From an uncultured virus (IMG/VR IMGVR_UViG_3300034073_003631) (lineage: Duplodnaviria; Heunggongvirae; Uroviricota; Caudoviricetes), in IMG/VR virus record IMGVR_UViG_3300034073_003631, positions 1 to 64,000 of that record: 64,000 bases of DNA. One strand, written 5' to 3'. Under the pieces are notes generated by a model, which worked only from the letters and a program-made list of their open reading frames with translations, was not told where the DNA came from and ran no database searches. Below are positions 1-9,998 of this stretch, piece after piece (the stretch's first letter is position 1; each line of letters starts with the position of its first letter). The position numbers were made by a program, and so were the translations under genes.

Positions 1-2502
1 ACCATCACCAACCACATCTTCAAAACCCAAGAATGTTTTTGGTATTCTTAATGCTGTAACCAATTTCTTTTGAATATATTCAATATCTGCTATTTCTCCA
101 AGATTTGAGTTTTTAATAAAAATACCAGATTCAATTGCAAATGTATGATAATTATGATACATTTCATTACCATCAATTGTTATTGTGCCAGTATCCATTC
201 TTTCTTCCATAATTTCAATTGATACTATCTTATGATTATTATATTTGTGCCCCTTCCAAGATTTCCAATTAGTATAACCAAATGCATTTAATAGTTTGTT
301 TAAATTATTATGTGTGAAAACAGTTAAATTAACAAGACTACTTCTAATACCGTTATTCAAATTACTAAACTCTGTCATAAAATTTTCATCATTATTTAAT
401 GATGTTATAATTTCATTAACTTTATTGTATTGTTTTGTTTTTTCAACAAAAATATTAAACAATAAATCATTAAAAATTAATTTCTGGGGTTTTGAAAAAA
501 CTTTATCCCTATAATATGGTGATTCCCAATTTTTCTTTGCTAATTGAGATGATTTTAATTTATTTTCATAAAGTTGCTTTGTTGCACTTATTAATGCGCC
601 TTTTTTCTTTAAATTATCAATATCTTTACACCAAGATAATAAACTACTTATAGTTTTAGATTTTGCTTGAGGAGTATGTATATTTTTAGAAAACCTATCT
701 TTTTTCTCATCTTCTGTAAGATTTTGTATATATTTCTTCAAACCATTTGATTGTTTTTCTGATATTATTTCAATATCTTCTATACTTCTTTTACTCCATA
801 TCTTTTTACTATTAATAGATGCTCTTATAGCCAATTCTTCCTTTAATTTAGGGTTTTCTATTAACTTATTCTTTAATGCTTGACCACCTAATTTGCAATG
901 TTCAATATTTATATTATGTGAATGATATCCATAATGATCTCTATTATTCATAAATACCAAATTACTAGGTGTGTTATTGTATCTATTAATATCTAAATGA
1001 TGTATTGTTTTCTTATCCTCTAAAATAAAATTATCATTATAAACAAACTCAACATGTTGATTTAAATCTTTCATAAAGTTTGCAACCATTCTATGTGTAA
1101 AATTCCATTTTTTTGTTTTATTATTCCAAACTTGATGATATTTTGACTTTGATTTATTTATTTGTGATTCTTTTGAATAAAAAGGCATTAATGAATCTCC
1201 CACCTTTAAATTTTGTGCCTCCACAAACCCATTTGTCCTATGAACAAATTTATGATCAGGTGTTGTAATAACTTCTTCACCATTATCTAATGTTATTTTT
1301 AAAACATTAGTGTCTTTTCTTGTAACACCTGCCCAAGTTATTAAACCTGGAGCTAAATCACCAGTATGGGGGTCACAAGAATAAGCCCATAAATTTCTAT
1401 TACCATTATCCCATTCTTCAATTAATTTACTCAATTCTAAAACTCTACCATCTAATAAGGGTATTCTAGTGTCTAATGATATACAAGCACCTGCTAAAGT
1501 TTCAATTGGACTTGCTTGACCTGGATCCCTAACTGGAACAAAATAATCTTGGTCAACAGCCATTTGATTATATCTCATATCAACATTACCAGTTTTGCTA
1601 TCAACAATCTGTTCTCTCTTGAATTTATTTGCAACACGTTGTACGTACGCTTCAACATCATTATCATCCATATTTCCAACAAACACTTTAAACACCCTTC
1701 TTTCTGGCGCTCTTGATGTTCTGTATATTAACATTGCATCTTCTGATAATAAAAGTTGCTTCCAGATACGTCTTGCTTTTTCCAATAAGGATGTTCCATA
1801 TGGTAATTTTCTATCATCCCCCAATATTCTAAAGTGTGCAATTTCCCAAGGTTGGAATTCCATCTGTTTATTTTTCCATTTAAATTTAAGGGAATCATTT
1901 TCTGATGATAGTTCTCCATAGCCTGATGCCTTTTCTGCACTACCTGGTTCTAATCTTTCAATTTCAATATTTGGTAATTGATTGCATCCAACAATACCTT
2001 TTTCTGGATCCAACTTTAAAAAGACAAAATTATCACCAAACTTACATGTGTTCCTAGTCCACATTGGTAATGATGTATTTATATCCAAAACATTATTAAA
2101 TAAATCTGTTAATACAGATTTTATTCTTTTTGATTCTGAATATATTTGCAACATATGTCCATCTTCATTTGAAGTTGTTGATTCTTCTGCATATATATCT
2201 AATGCTGCCCCAATTTCTGGAGTGTACTCCATACTTTCGAAATCATAGACTGATGCCAATCTTGTTGGTTCATAATAAACTGCTTGGGTATATAAGTGGT
2301 TATCAATTTTTGCCCATTGGTTTGATAGATAAAAAGATTGCTGTGCTTGTAGTTTTTCTCTTTCAAATTCAACTTTATTTTGAGTTCTTAATAGTTCTTT
2401 CTTATCAAACTTATATGTGGGTATATCTTGATTTAAAAGGGAATTTGGCCCAAAAGTTGCTGATAACCTTTGCCATACTGTTAGATTTTCATTATTGCTC
2501 AT
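1..2502 (-). CDS. Portal protein (T4 gp20-like), intein-containing; 3' end runs off the window
   Basis: ATG at 2502 gives MSNNENLTVWQRLSATFGPNS...YDFESMEYTPEIGAALDIYAEE...WTRNTCKFGDNF...LPYGTSLLEKARRIWKQLLLSEDAMLIYRTSRAPERRVF...DYFVPVR. After the intein it reads SNLGEIADIEYIQKKLVTALRIPK. It lies next to the terminase. Its absence from the ORF track is consistent with no in-frame stop before coordinate 1. Confidence 0.93.
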   Translation of the reverse strand, partial: MSNNENLTVWQRLSATFGPNSLLNQDIPTYKFDKKELLRTQNKVEFEREKLQAQQSFYLSNQWAKIDNHLYTQAVYYEPTRLASVYDFESMEYTPEIGAALDIYAEESTTSNEDGHMLQIYSESKRIKSVLTDLFNNVLDINTSLPMWTRNTCKFGDNFVFLKLDPEKGIVGCNQLPNIEIERLEPGSAEKASGYGELSSENDSLKFKWKNKQMEFQPWEIAHFRILGDDRKLPYGTSLLEKARRIWKQLLLSEDAMLIYRTSRAPERRVFKVFVGNMDDNDVEAYVQRVANKFKREQIVDSKTGNVDMRYNQMAVDQDYFVPVRDPGQASPIETLAGACISLDTRIPLLDGRVLELSKLIEEWDNGNRNLWAYSCDPHTGDLAPGLITWAGVTRKDTNVLKITLDNGEEVITTPDHKFVHRTNGFVEAQNLKVGDSLMPFYSKESQINKSKSKYHQVWNNKTKKWNFTHRMVANFMKDLNQHVEFVYNDNFILEDKKTIHHLDINRYNNTPSNLVFMNNRDHYGYHSHNINIEHCKLGGQALKNKLIENPKLKEELAIRASINSKKIWSKRSIEDIEIISEKQSNGLKKYIQNLTEDEKKDRFSKNIHTPQAKSKTISSLLSWCKDIDNLKKKGALISATKQLYENKLKSSQLAKKNWESPYYRDKVFSKPQKLIFNDLLFNIFVEKTKQYNKVNEIITSLNNDENFMTEFSNLNNGIRSSLVNLTVFTHNNLNKLLNAFGYTNWKSWKGHKYNNHKIVSIEIMEERMDTGTITIDGNEMYHNYHTFAIESGIFIKNSNLGEIADIEYIQKKLVTALRIPKTFLGFEDVVGDG
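109..1485 (-). mobile_element. Intein (459 aa) with HNH homing endonuclease, inserted in the portal
   Basis: N-junction ETLAGA|CISLDTRIPLLDG; block B motif ITTPDHKF; HNH core IHHLDINRYNNTPSNLVFMNNRDH; C-junction HNYHTFAIESGIFIKN|S. All are in the portal reading frame. Confidence 0.92.
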
Positions 2503-2517
2503 AATATTTTTTATATT

Positions 2518-4269
2518 TTATTTTACACCAAATAGCCAACCATATTTTTGATAATCATTGACATTTGGTTTATTTGATACATTATTATCTGTTGAACTTG
2601 ATATCATAGGATTAAAGAACATAGATTGTTCTGTATATATGTTCTTGAATGAACTCCAAGAGTTAATCATAGCCTTTGTATGGTTTGTCACTTTTTCCAA
2701 AACCTGGAATGATTTTTCTGCAACATATGTAGCCATAGCAATTGCCATAATACAATCATCATGATGTCCCTTTTGATGATCAGGTCTTCCATTTATATAT
2801 ATAAACGTATTCATCTCATTGTATAGTCTATTTGAATATATTTTAAACTCATGCCTCAATGCTTCCTCAAAAGACGCAATCATCTGCACCCTTTTATTAT
2901 TGAAATTTATTCCTGGGATTTTATCTGCCATTTTTGAATCATATTTCCATTTATTGTTATTATCAATATTATCATAATACAAACTTGGATAATTCATTTC
3001 TTGCAATTTTCTTGATGTTGCAACACCCATCCCACCAGTTAAATCAACAACAACAAATGCCTTATATAATGAACACCATTTAAAAACAACTTCTGCCAAT
3101 ATATCTGGTGGTATTTTGCCAACATATTCCAAAACTTGTTCTTGCGTATCAAAATCAATAATCTGGATGGTTGAAAAATCTTCTGAATCCCCCCTAGACA
3201 CATCCACACCTGCAACATATCTATGACCATTTTCTGGCTCTTTAAACATCCATAAACTATTCCCCATCAATTTTGATATGGGATTTGTTAGTTGGTTTTT
3301 TAAAATATTTGATAATAATTCAGAATCAAACACATTATCCCCAGACCCCAAGAAATTACTTTCAATCTCTTGTGACACCTTTCTCTTATCATATTTAAGT
3401 TTTTTAACCATACCCTCATACCAAGATGAGCATGGTTTATAACCTTCTTCAATATATTCAATAACTTTCTGATGGTCTCTCTCATAAGAATTTTCATGTG
3501 ATAAATCAATTAAATCATCTTTGCTATACTCCTCCTTATTTAATAGATAGTGAATCATATCCTTTGTCTTCACCATATACAAATCTTTTGTGTATCTTGG
3601 ATCCCTATACCAAACCATTTCTGTAATCTTGAACTCATTCATATTACGTAACGCTTGGTCATATATTTCATAATATATTGGGTCATATCCATTGGGTGTT
3701 GATATTACTACAACTTTACCACCAGTACTCAAAGATGCCATAGATGCAGCCCAAAAATCAGGGTCAGCATCAATATAAGCAGCCTCATCAAATATTAATG
3801 TGGTTGGGGTATAACCCCTCAATGCATCCTTTGATGTTGCCACAGCCTTAACCTCACAATCATTGTTTAATTTAAAATGTCTTGCAGAATTCTTTTCAGA
3901 TGAAAAACCAATTCCAACCCAATTTGGCCATTGCTCAATAAAATGTCTAACCTTATTTGCCATTTCCACAGCTGTATCCAACTTATTTGCAATAATCAAT
4001 ATCTTTTCAGGTTTATTCCTATTTGCAAATGCCAACCTTTTTGATATCCAGGCTGCTGTCACAGTTGATACACCAGCCTGTCTATACTTTAATGCAATAT
4101 TTTCATTATATAAATCAAAATCCTCAATCAACTTAATTTGGTCAGGAAATAAATCTAATGGTACATATCTTTTTGCTGTATTGTCATATGTCTGCAAATA
4201 TGTCTTTAAACAGTATGGTGTGCTCTTTATGCATTTGGCAGATTCAATCAATACTTGATCTCTTGTCAT
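2518..4269 (-). CDS. terL: Terminase large subunit (T4 gp17-like)
   Basis: Walker A-like KYRQAGVST, Walker B LIFDEAA, coupling motif ISTPNG, nuclease motifs GVDVSRGDSEDFS and HHDDCIMA. Start placed at MTRDQ (4269), downstream of a TATTTATA motif. Confidence 0.93.
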   Translation of the reverse strand: MTRDQVLIESAKCIKSTPYCLKTYLQTYDNTAKRYVPLDLFPDQIKLIEDFDLYNENIALKYRQAGVSTVTAAWISKRLAFANRNKPEKILIIANKLDTAVEMANKVRHFIEQWPNWVGIGFSSEKNSARHFKLNNDCEVKAVATSKDALRGYTPTTLIFDEAAYIDADPDFWAASMASLSTGGKVVVISTPNGYDPIYYEIYDQALRNMNEFKITEMVWYRDPRYTKDLYMVKTKDMIHYLLNKEEYSKDDLIDLSHENSYERDHQKVIEYIEEGYKPCSSWYEGMVKKLKYDKRKVSQEIESNFLGSGDNVFDSELLSNILKNQLTNPISKLMGNSLWMFKEPENGHRYVAGVDVSRGDSEDFSTIQIIDFDTQEQVLEYVGKIPPDILAEVVFKWCSLYKAFVVVDLTGGMGVATSRKLQEMNYPSLYYDNIDNNNKWKYDSKMADKIPGINFNNKRVQMIASFEEALRHEFKIYSNRLYNEMNTFIYINGRPDHQKGHHDDCIMAIAMATYVAEKSFQVLEKVTNHTKAMINSWSSFKNIYTEQSMFFNPMISSSTDNNVSNKPNVNDYQKYGWLFGVK

Positions 4270-4300
4270 ATTCTTTTTTTTATATAAATACACATAAAAC

Positions 4301-4335
4301 AAAAAAACCCCAACCTAATTAAAGATTGGGGTTTT
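4301..4335. terminator. Intrinsic terminator hairpin
   Basis: AAAACCCCAA-loop-TTGGGGTTTT with A/T tracts, between the 4349 gene and terL. Confidence 0.7.
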
Positions 4336-4348
4336 AAATATTATTTTA

Positions 4349-5689
4349 TTAGTTTCTTCTAATGTTTAAATCTTTCAATAATTCATCAAGTGATATGTCC
4401 TCAAAATCTGAGGGGTCAAAATTTGTTTGCTTACCACCAGTATAATCATCTGGTGCTTGATTAGATGCAAATTCATCATCATCATAAGCATCTTCATCAT
4501 CCATATCATCCATATACTGGCTTTGTAGGTAATCAAGATATCTCTCTTTACTAACTCTAGCTTGTGAAATTAATTCATCAAATTCTCTTTTAGCATAATC
4601 TTGATCAGATGGTGTATCTGATATTACATATTTCATCAAATTAATAAATTCATCTGCTGGTATTTTATATAACTCAACAAAGAAAAATCTAATCAAACCA
4701 ATATCTGATTTATCAAATAATTCAGCAGGTAAAATATTCCTTATTTTTTCCAAAATGGCTGGACCAATTCTTAAACCTTCTGTTTCTGATTTTAATGTAT
4801 CTGCTTGACCTAATGTCATATTAGCCATATTATCATCACTAGAATAACCATGTCTTGCTAATGCTTCTTCAATTCCTTTTGCAATTTCATGACATAATAT
4901 TGGAAACATAAATGCTGTGGCATTGATTACAGTCTTTGTTTCACCAGTTTCTGGATCCTCTTCATCATCAACATCAACAGCTGCAGAAACTCCACCACCT
5001 TTTGCTGCCATATCCATCATTGATTCATTCAAGAAATATAATGCATCAACTAAAGGGATTGTTGTTGAGTATAGTTGGTATAATTTTGGGTCAATTGCAT
5101 CTAATTGAGATTTAACCTCTGGCTTCTCATATATATAATGAGTTTTCCTTGCAACCCCACCAATGATAGCATTAATGATATCCCTTTTGAAAACTTCATT
5201 TGATAATTCTTCTTCTTCTTCTGGGGATAATTCTTGTTTAATTTTATCTTTTTCTTTTCTCATTTTACCAACAACATCATTGCCTGGCATCCCTAAACTA
5301 GCATTAATGATGAACTCATCATCACTAACTTCCATTTCATTTAATGTTTCACTAATTGCTAATTCAACTAATTCATCACTATACCTAGATTCTAATTGTT
5401 GAATTGCAGAAGCATTCTGATATACTCTTGATGTTACAATTGAAACTAATTCATTTGCAGTTAATGTTTCTTTACCTGCAATCTTTCTAACTCTATTTAA
5501 TACATCATTAAATGAACGGCTATATAGTTTTTGAACATCTGCTGAACCCCTCTTTAAGGCAGGGTTTTGTCCAAACATAGAATTTGGGTCTGCAAGTTTT
5601 TTCTCCAATCTAGGATCCATACGTTCAGGACCAGTGTATTCTAACTGTTCTCTTAATTTTTTGTTGATTAGTTTGTCTATGTTCTTCAT
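4349..5689 (-). CDS. Hypothetical head-module protein with acidic tail
   Basis: 446-aa ORF coupled to the upstream gene by TAATG; N-terminus MKNIDKLINKKLREQ; internal LCHEIAKGIEE. Confidence 0.75.
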   Translation of the reverse strand: MKNIDKLINKKLREQLEYTGPERMDPRLEKKLADPNSMFGQNPALKRGSADVQKLYSRSFNDVLNRVRKIAGKETLTANELVSIVTSRVYQNASAIQQLESRYSDELVELAISETLNEMEVSDDEFIINASLGMPGNDVVGKMRKEKDKIKQELSPEEEEELSNEVFKRDIINAIIGGVARKTHYIYEKPEVKSQLDAIDPKLYQLYSTTIPLVDALYFLNESMMDMAAKGGGVSAAVDVDDEEDPETGETKTVINATAFMFPILCHEIAKGIEEALARHGYSSDDNMANMTLGQADTLKSETEGLRIGPAILEKIRNILPAELFDKSDIGLIRFFFVELYKIPADEFINLMKYVISDTPSDQDYAKREFDELISQARVSKERYLDYLQSQYMDDMDDEDAYDDDEFASNQAPDDYTGGKQTNFDPSDFEDISLDELLKDLNIRRN

Positions 5690-6468
5690 TATCCTTTGAA
5701 ATTTATTAATTGCATAATGTTATCAATAATAGCATCTTTTGCTTTATTTGGTCCTATTGCTTTTGGAACAGTTTTTACACCTGGGCGTGGGTTTTGGAAT
5801 GGGTTATCTCTCCTTGATGGTTTTATTTTTGGATTTGCTGGTTTTACAACTGGTTTTGTTGTTGTATCAGCCTTTGGCATAGGGTTTATTTTTGGATTTG
5901 GGTTTTGGAATGGGTTATCTCTCCTTGATGGTTTTATTTTTGGATTTGCTGGTTTTACAACTGGTTTTGTGTCAGGGGCTTGTTCTTTTAAATGATTTAA
6001 CAAACCTCTCTTTGTAACTTGTGGTCTTAATTTTGATTCAACCATTTTATTCATTTGGTCTTCAATAAAAGAATCAATCATATTTGATTCCTTCATATCT
6101 TTTTTTGAATTACCCTTAACATCCATAACACATCTTTCATATTTGTTTTTTTGTGCTTTTGTCCACTCACTTCTTTCAGAAGTACCAAATTCTTTCTTTA
6201 ATTGTGCTGTGCAAATAGCCCAAGGATTGGATTTAGACTTTTTAGCCTCACCCATCTCTCTTTTCTCTAATCTAACATTATAACCTTTAGCCGCTAATTG
6301 CATAGCCTTTGGTTCATTTTTAGTTGAGATGCTTCCTTTTGTTGTGGTTGATTGTTCACCTAATAACTTTGAGTATAAATAATTTATATTATTATCACTC
6401 ATACCTTTTAAAGCGTTTATAGAAAAACCCTCCTCCAATAAGGTTAATACTTTTTTATTAATTTTCAT
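5689..6468 (-). CDS. Hypothetical protein with duplicated Pro/Lys-rich segment
   Basis: 259-aa ORF; TKPVVKPANPKIKPSRRDNPFQNP occurs twice. Confidence 0.75.
   Translation of the reverse strand: MKINKKVLTLLEEGFSINALKGMSDNNINYLYSKLLGEQSTTTKGSISTKNEPKAMQLAAKGYNVRLEKREMGEAKKSKSNPWAICTAQLKKEFGTSERSEWTKAQKNKYERCVMDVKGNSKKDMKESNMIDSFIEDQMNKMVESKLRPQVTKRGLLNHLKEQAPDTKPVVKPANPKIKPSRRDNPFQNPNPKINPMPKADTTTKPVVKPANPKIKPSRRDNPFQNPRPGVKTVPKAIGPNKAKDAIIDNIMQLINFKG
5788..5970. repeat. Perfect 72-bp direct repeat, 111-bp period, inside a CDS
   Basis: 5788-5859 is identical to 5899-5970. Confidence 0.9.
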
Positions 6469-6850
6469 ATACTATGGTTTTTTCAAATTCTAAGATTAAA
6501 TCTCTTTCATACAGTTTATTTTTTATTTCTTGTTCAGTTTCACCAAACTTAAATACCAATCTATTTTTTGCATCTTCATTAACTTCCCAGCCTAATGCTA
6601 TAACACCATCAACAGAATCAATCATAGAGAAATAATCAGAGTTTTGTATTAAATACAATGATACATCTTCTGTTGTTAATTGTCCAACTTTTGTTATATA
6701 TTTTAATTCTGGCGGTTTTGGATAACCATTGGCAGGTTTTGCTTCCCAACTCTCCCCCCAAACTGAATCAGAGGATGAAAAGATAAACTCATATATATAA
6801 TCACCTTTATAATTGATACCCAAAGAATTTATGAAAATTAATCTATTCAT
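6458..6850 (-). CDS. Hypothetical protein
   Basis: 130-aa ORF overlapping both neighbours in the same operon. Confidence 0.75.
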   Translation of the reverse strand: MNRLIFINSLGINYKGDYIYEFIFSSSDSVWGESWEAKPANGYPKPPELKYITKVGQLTTEDVSLYLIQNSDYFSMIDSVDGVIALGWEVNEDAKNRLVFKFGETEQEIKNKLYERDLILEFEKTIVYEN

Positions 6851-8157
6851 TTTATGATTTCTCCTTTTTTTGTTATTTTTACAGTGTTTTCATTTAACTT
6901 CAACATAATATTACCCAAGTTAGTCTTACCCATAACTTTGAATCTCTTAAACTTATTTAAGAAATTGTTTGCAGCAGAATATTGTTTCTCTGTTTCAGAT
7001 AAAATTTTAATTGATTTTAAATTTTCATTTAATGATTTTTCTATTTTTCTTTTCTTCTGCTCTGACAACACTTTTTCTTGTGGGCTTAATTCAAAATAGT
7101 TTGAAATAATTCTATCCACTTTTGATTCTGAATATCTCTTTTTTGGTGCATATTCTTCACCACCTTGAGGCATAGCACCCATATCTGGCATTTCACCTCC
7201 CATACCATCAATCCCTTGCATATCTGGCATTTCACCATCCATTCCTTCCATATCAGGCATTTCACCATCCATGTTAGGCATTTCACCATCCATTCCTTCC
7301 ATATCAGGCATTTCTTCCATATTGCCCTCTTCTCCACCTCCTTCAAATTTTGAAAGAATGTCATCAACATCTTCTTCATCAAGAATGTCAATATTTAAAG
7401 ATGATATGACCATATTAATGACATATTTAATTTCTTCAGATGTTAAACCTTCTTCATTTTCAAGTGTCCTAATCTTTTGTGTTAATCTTCCTGTTAATTT
7501 TTGGATAGTTTTAAAGGTAACTTCCTCATCACCTTTGCCTTGTTTTGGTTCCATAGGTTCATCCTCCATATCCATATCTGGCATTTCATCACCCATATCA
7601 TCCATTCCTGGTTCAGCAGGTGGTGGCATTTCACCTTCCATACCTGGTTCACCCATATCAGGCATTTGCCCTTCACCACCTTCCAATGGAGATGGGGGTA
7701 ACTCTGGATTTGGAACAGCTGGTGGTTCTGGTGGTGGAGCAGGCATATCACCCATTTCATTATCAGGTTGTGCAGGTTTTGGTGTTTTTAATGTGTATTT
7801 CTTTTGCTCACCAAATAATGATATACCATTTGGATTATCATATAGTTCATTTAATTCCTTTGTTATTAGATTTAATTTCTTAAATGCTTGAGAATAAGAT
7901 CTGTAATATTTTCTGTTTCTTATTGGGTCTATATAATCTAATGTGGATTCATTTAATCCCTTTTTAATAACATAACCAACTTTCTCTTTAACAATAGCAT
8001 ATACATTACCATCTGTTAATTGTATGTCATATTCCTTTGAAGAAGTTTCATTTATATTAGCTTTATCAACTTCTTTATACATAGCAATTTCTAACATTCT
8101 ATTTAGTTTTGCACTACCTTGTAGCTTTTCACTGCCTATTGGTTTTAATTTACTCAT
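6847..8157 (-). CDS. Acidic Met/Pro/Gly-rich protein; candidate prohead scaffold/core
   Basis: 436 aa with (MDGEMPDMEG)n low-complexity repeats, in the head module. The function is inferred only. Confidence 0.6.
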   Translation of the reverse strand: MSKLKPIGSEKLQGSAKLNRMLEIAMYKEVDKANINETSSKEYDIQLTDGNVYAIVKEKVGYVIKKGLNESTLDYIDPIRNRKYYRSYSQAFKKLNLITKELNELYDNPNGISLFGEQKKYTLKTPKPAQPDNEMGDMPAPPPEPPAVPNPELPPSPLEGGEGQMPDMGEPGMEGEMPPPAEPGMDDMGDEMPDMDMEDEPMEPKQGKGDEEVTFKTIQKLTGRLTQKIRTLENEEGLTSEEIKYVINMVISSLNIDILDEEDVDDILSKFEGGGEEGNMEEMPDMEGMDGEMPNMDGEMPDMEGMDGEMPDMQGIDGMGGEMPDMGAMPQGGEEYAPKKRYSESKVDRIISNYFELSPQEKVLSEQKKRKIEKSLNENLKSIKILSETEKQYSAANNFLNKFKRFKVMGKTNLGNIMLKLNENTVKITKKGEIIK

Positions 8158-8170
8158 TTTTTTATATTTT

Positions 8171-8365
8171 TTAATTATTTAAGCCATTTATTCCACCTAA
8201 TTTAACTGCTGACATTTCAATAACTGTATCAGTCCCCCCTGTTGTGTTTACAATAACAGCCTGTGGATGAGGTACTTGTGTTGTCCCAGTCAATGGATCA
8301 CCACTGAAAAACCCCAACATACCTTTGGTATATTCATAAAACGTGTTTGCACTAATTACTGCCAT
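8171..8365 (-). CDS. Small hypothetical protein
   Basis: 64-aa ORF with TATTTATA 16 nt upstream. Confidence 0.65.
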   Translation of the reverse strand: MAVISANTFYEYTKGMLGFFSGDPLTGTTQVPHPQAVIVNTTGGTDTVIEMSAVKLGGINGLNN

Positions 8366-8428
8366 TTTTATTTTATTTATATATAAATATATCTATTATG
8401 TCAAATATTAATATAGTAAAAATAAAAT

Positions 8429-9172
8429 TTAATAAATTTCATTTTCAATAGATAATTCTTTGGTTCTTTTATTATATTGATAATTAAATACCTTGTCTAA
8501 TAACCCACTACGCCTTAAATACTTATAAACCAAGTTTTCATTTGAAAATTCACCCCCCTTCTCCAAGCCACCTTTCCTAAACTTTCTTAATTTATCTGTT
8601 AATTTTTTTATTTTTGTTTTTGAAACTTTTAATGATGCCTCATCTGCATCTTTTAATGTTTTCTTAACAAATTCAACCCAATGGTTTATTTTTAATTTTA
8701 ATTTTGTTTTATTAACTGGGGGTTTTTCTTTTTTGGGAACAACTATCCACTCCTCATTCATTAATGAGTATTGACCTTCTGCTGTATGTTCTTCTTTTTC
8801 ATCTTGTGGATATACTTCAACATCATAACCTTTGATTGTTAAATTATGCTTATCATTAAAAATTAATTTCTTTGCTGAAAATAATTTTAAATAAACTTCA
8901 CCTTCATCCTCAAATTGATCCAAATCAATAATTATATGCAAATCAAAATCAGAATATTCTGACCAGTTATAATTGGATAATGACCCAGTTAATATTATAT
9001 CTTCAACAAAAACATCCTCATCCAAAAATTCAATAAACTCTTTTGCAATATCCAATAACCCTTTTTTAATTTCAGGCTTCATCTTTGCCTTCTTTACATT
9101 ATTGGGACTGTCCCAAACTTTTGGGTTCAATGTATCTTTAACTATAAAACTTTTTATTATATTATTCTCCAT
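8429..9172 (-). CDS. Pol-beta superfamily nucleotidyltransferase
   Basis: LTGSLSNYNWSEYSDFDLH (hGS...DxD) plus a downstream acidic strand, YDVEVY. Confidence 0.8.
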   Translation of the reverse strand: MENNIIKSFIVKDTLNPKVWDSPNNVKKAKMKPEIKKGLLDIAKEFIEFLDEDVFVEDIILTGSLSNYNWSEYSDFDLHIIIDLDQFEDEGEVYLKLFSAKKLIFNDKHNLTIKGYDVEVYPQDEKEEHTAEGQYSLMNEEWIVVPKKEKPPVNKTKLKLKINHWVEFVKKTLKDADEASLKVSKTKIKKLTDKLRKFRKGGLEKGGEFSNENLVYKYLRRSGLLDKVFNYQYNKRTKELSIENEIY

Positions 9173-9174
9173 AG

Positions 9175-9417
9175 TTATTTTTTTACATATTTGTAAGTTT
9201 TAGCAATAGTTGTACTAAAGAATTTCCCTTGAGATTCAGCCATCCTAAATTGGGTGTAAATTTTGTGTGGAACATCATCATATTCATATTTTATTCCATT
9301 ATTAAATTCAACCAATAACTTTTTTGTTTCCAAATCATATTCAGTTTTTTTAACATTGCTAGATTTGACCTCATTGATGATTTTTTTGCCACTTATAATT
9401 TCTTTTGTTATTGCCAT
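9175..9417 (-). CDS. KTSC domain protein
   Basis: SSNVKKTEYD...LLVEFNNGIKYEYDDVP...AESQGKFF matches the KTSC pattern. Confidence 0.85.
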   Translation of the reverse strand: MAITKEIISGKKIINEVKSSNVKKTEYDLETKKLLVEFNNGIKYEYDDVPHKIYTQFRMAESQGKFFSTTIAKTYKYVKK

Positions 9418-9507
9418 AGTATTTTTATATATAAATATATAAAATGAAAAAAGCCTCCAGAAATATCTAAAATATTTTGGAGGCTTAACAAAAATGATTA
9501 ACCTAAA

Positions 9508-9972
9508 TTAAGGTGTGGAAACAATAAAAGGATATTTGTAATGGAAAATAGTATCACATTTTTTGTTATGTAACTTCACATCTAATACCCCAAATTCAGG
9601 AGTTGATGTTTTTATACTAAATAATAAACCTATATTACCCCCCACTTTAGTCTTATCCAGGATAGTTATCCTGCTTTTGGATAATGGGTATAACTCATAT
9701 TTGACAAAGTAATTACTATCTATAACCATATTTGTCAAATTAGTAATATTACCTAAACTATCATTATGATAAAATTTAGTAGAAACTACATATGTAGAAC
9801 TTGATGCAATTGAAAACCAATCTTCATTTATACTAGAATATTTTGTTGTAGAATCAATTGATAATTCAACTGCATTTATATTCCTGTTTGATGTAACTTG
9901 TTGCAAGGTAAATACTTCATTATCACAAGATAATATCAAGGATAGAATAAGGAGGGGGATAATAGTTTTCAT
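9508..9972 (-). CDS. Putative lipoprotein
   Basis: Signal peptide with lipobox MKTIIPLLILSLILS-C. Confidence 0.65.
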   Translation of the reverse strand: MKTIIPLLILSLILSCDNEVFTLQQVTSNRNINAVELSIDSTTKYSSINEDWFSIASSSTYVVSTKFYHNDSLGNITNLTNMVIDSNYFVKYELYPLSKSRITILDKTKVGGNIGLLFSIKTSTPEFGVLDVKLHNKKCDTIFHYKYPFIVSTP

Positions 9973-9998
9973 AGTTTTTTAATATAAATATATTATGT

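Noticed and set aside
296..2504. Short ORFs listed in the track over the first 2.5 kb
   Set aside because: They are shadow ORFs of the minus-strand portal/intein frame.
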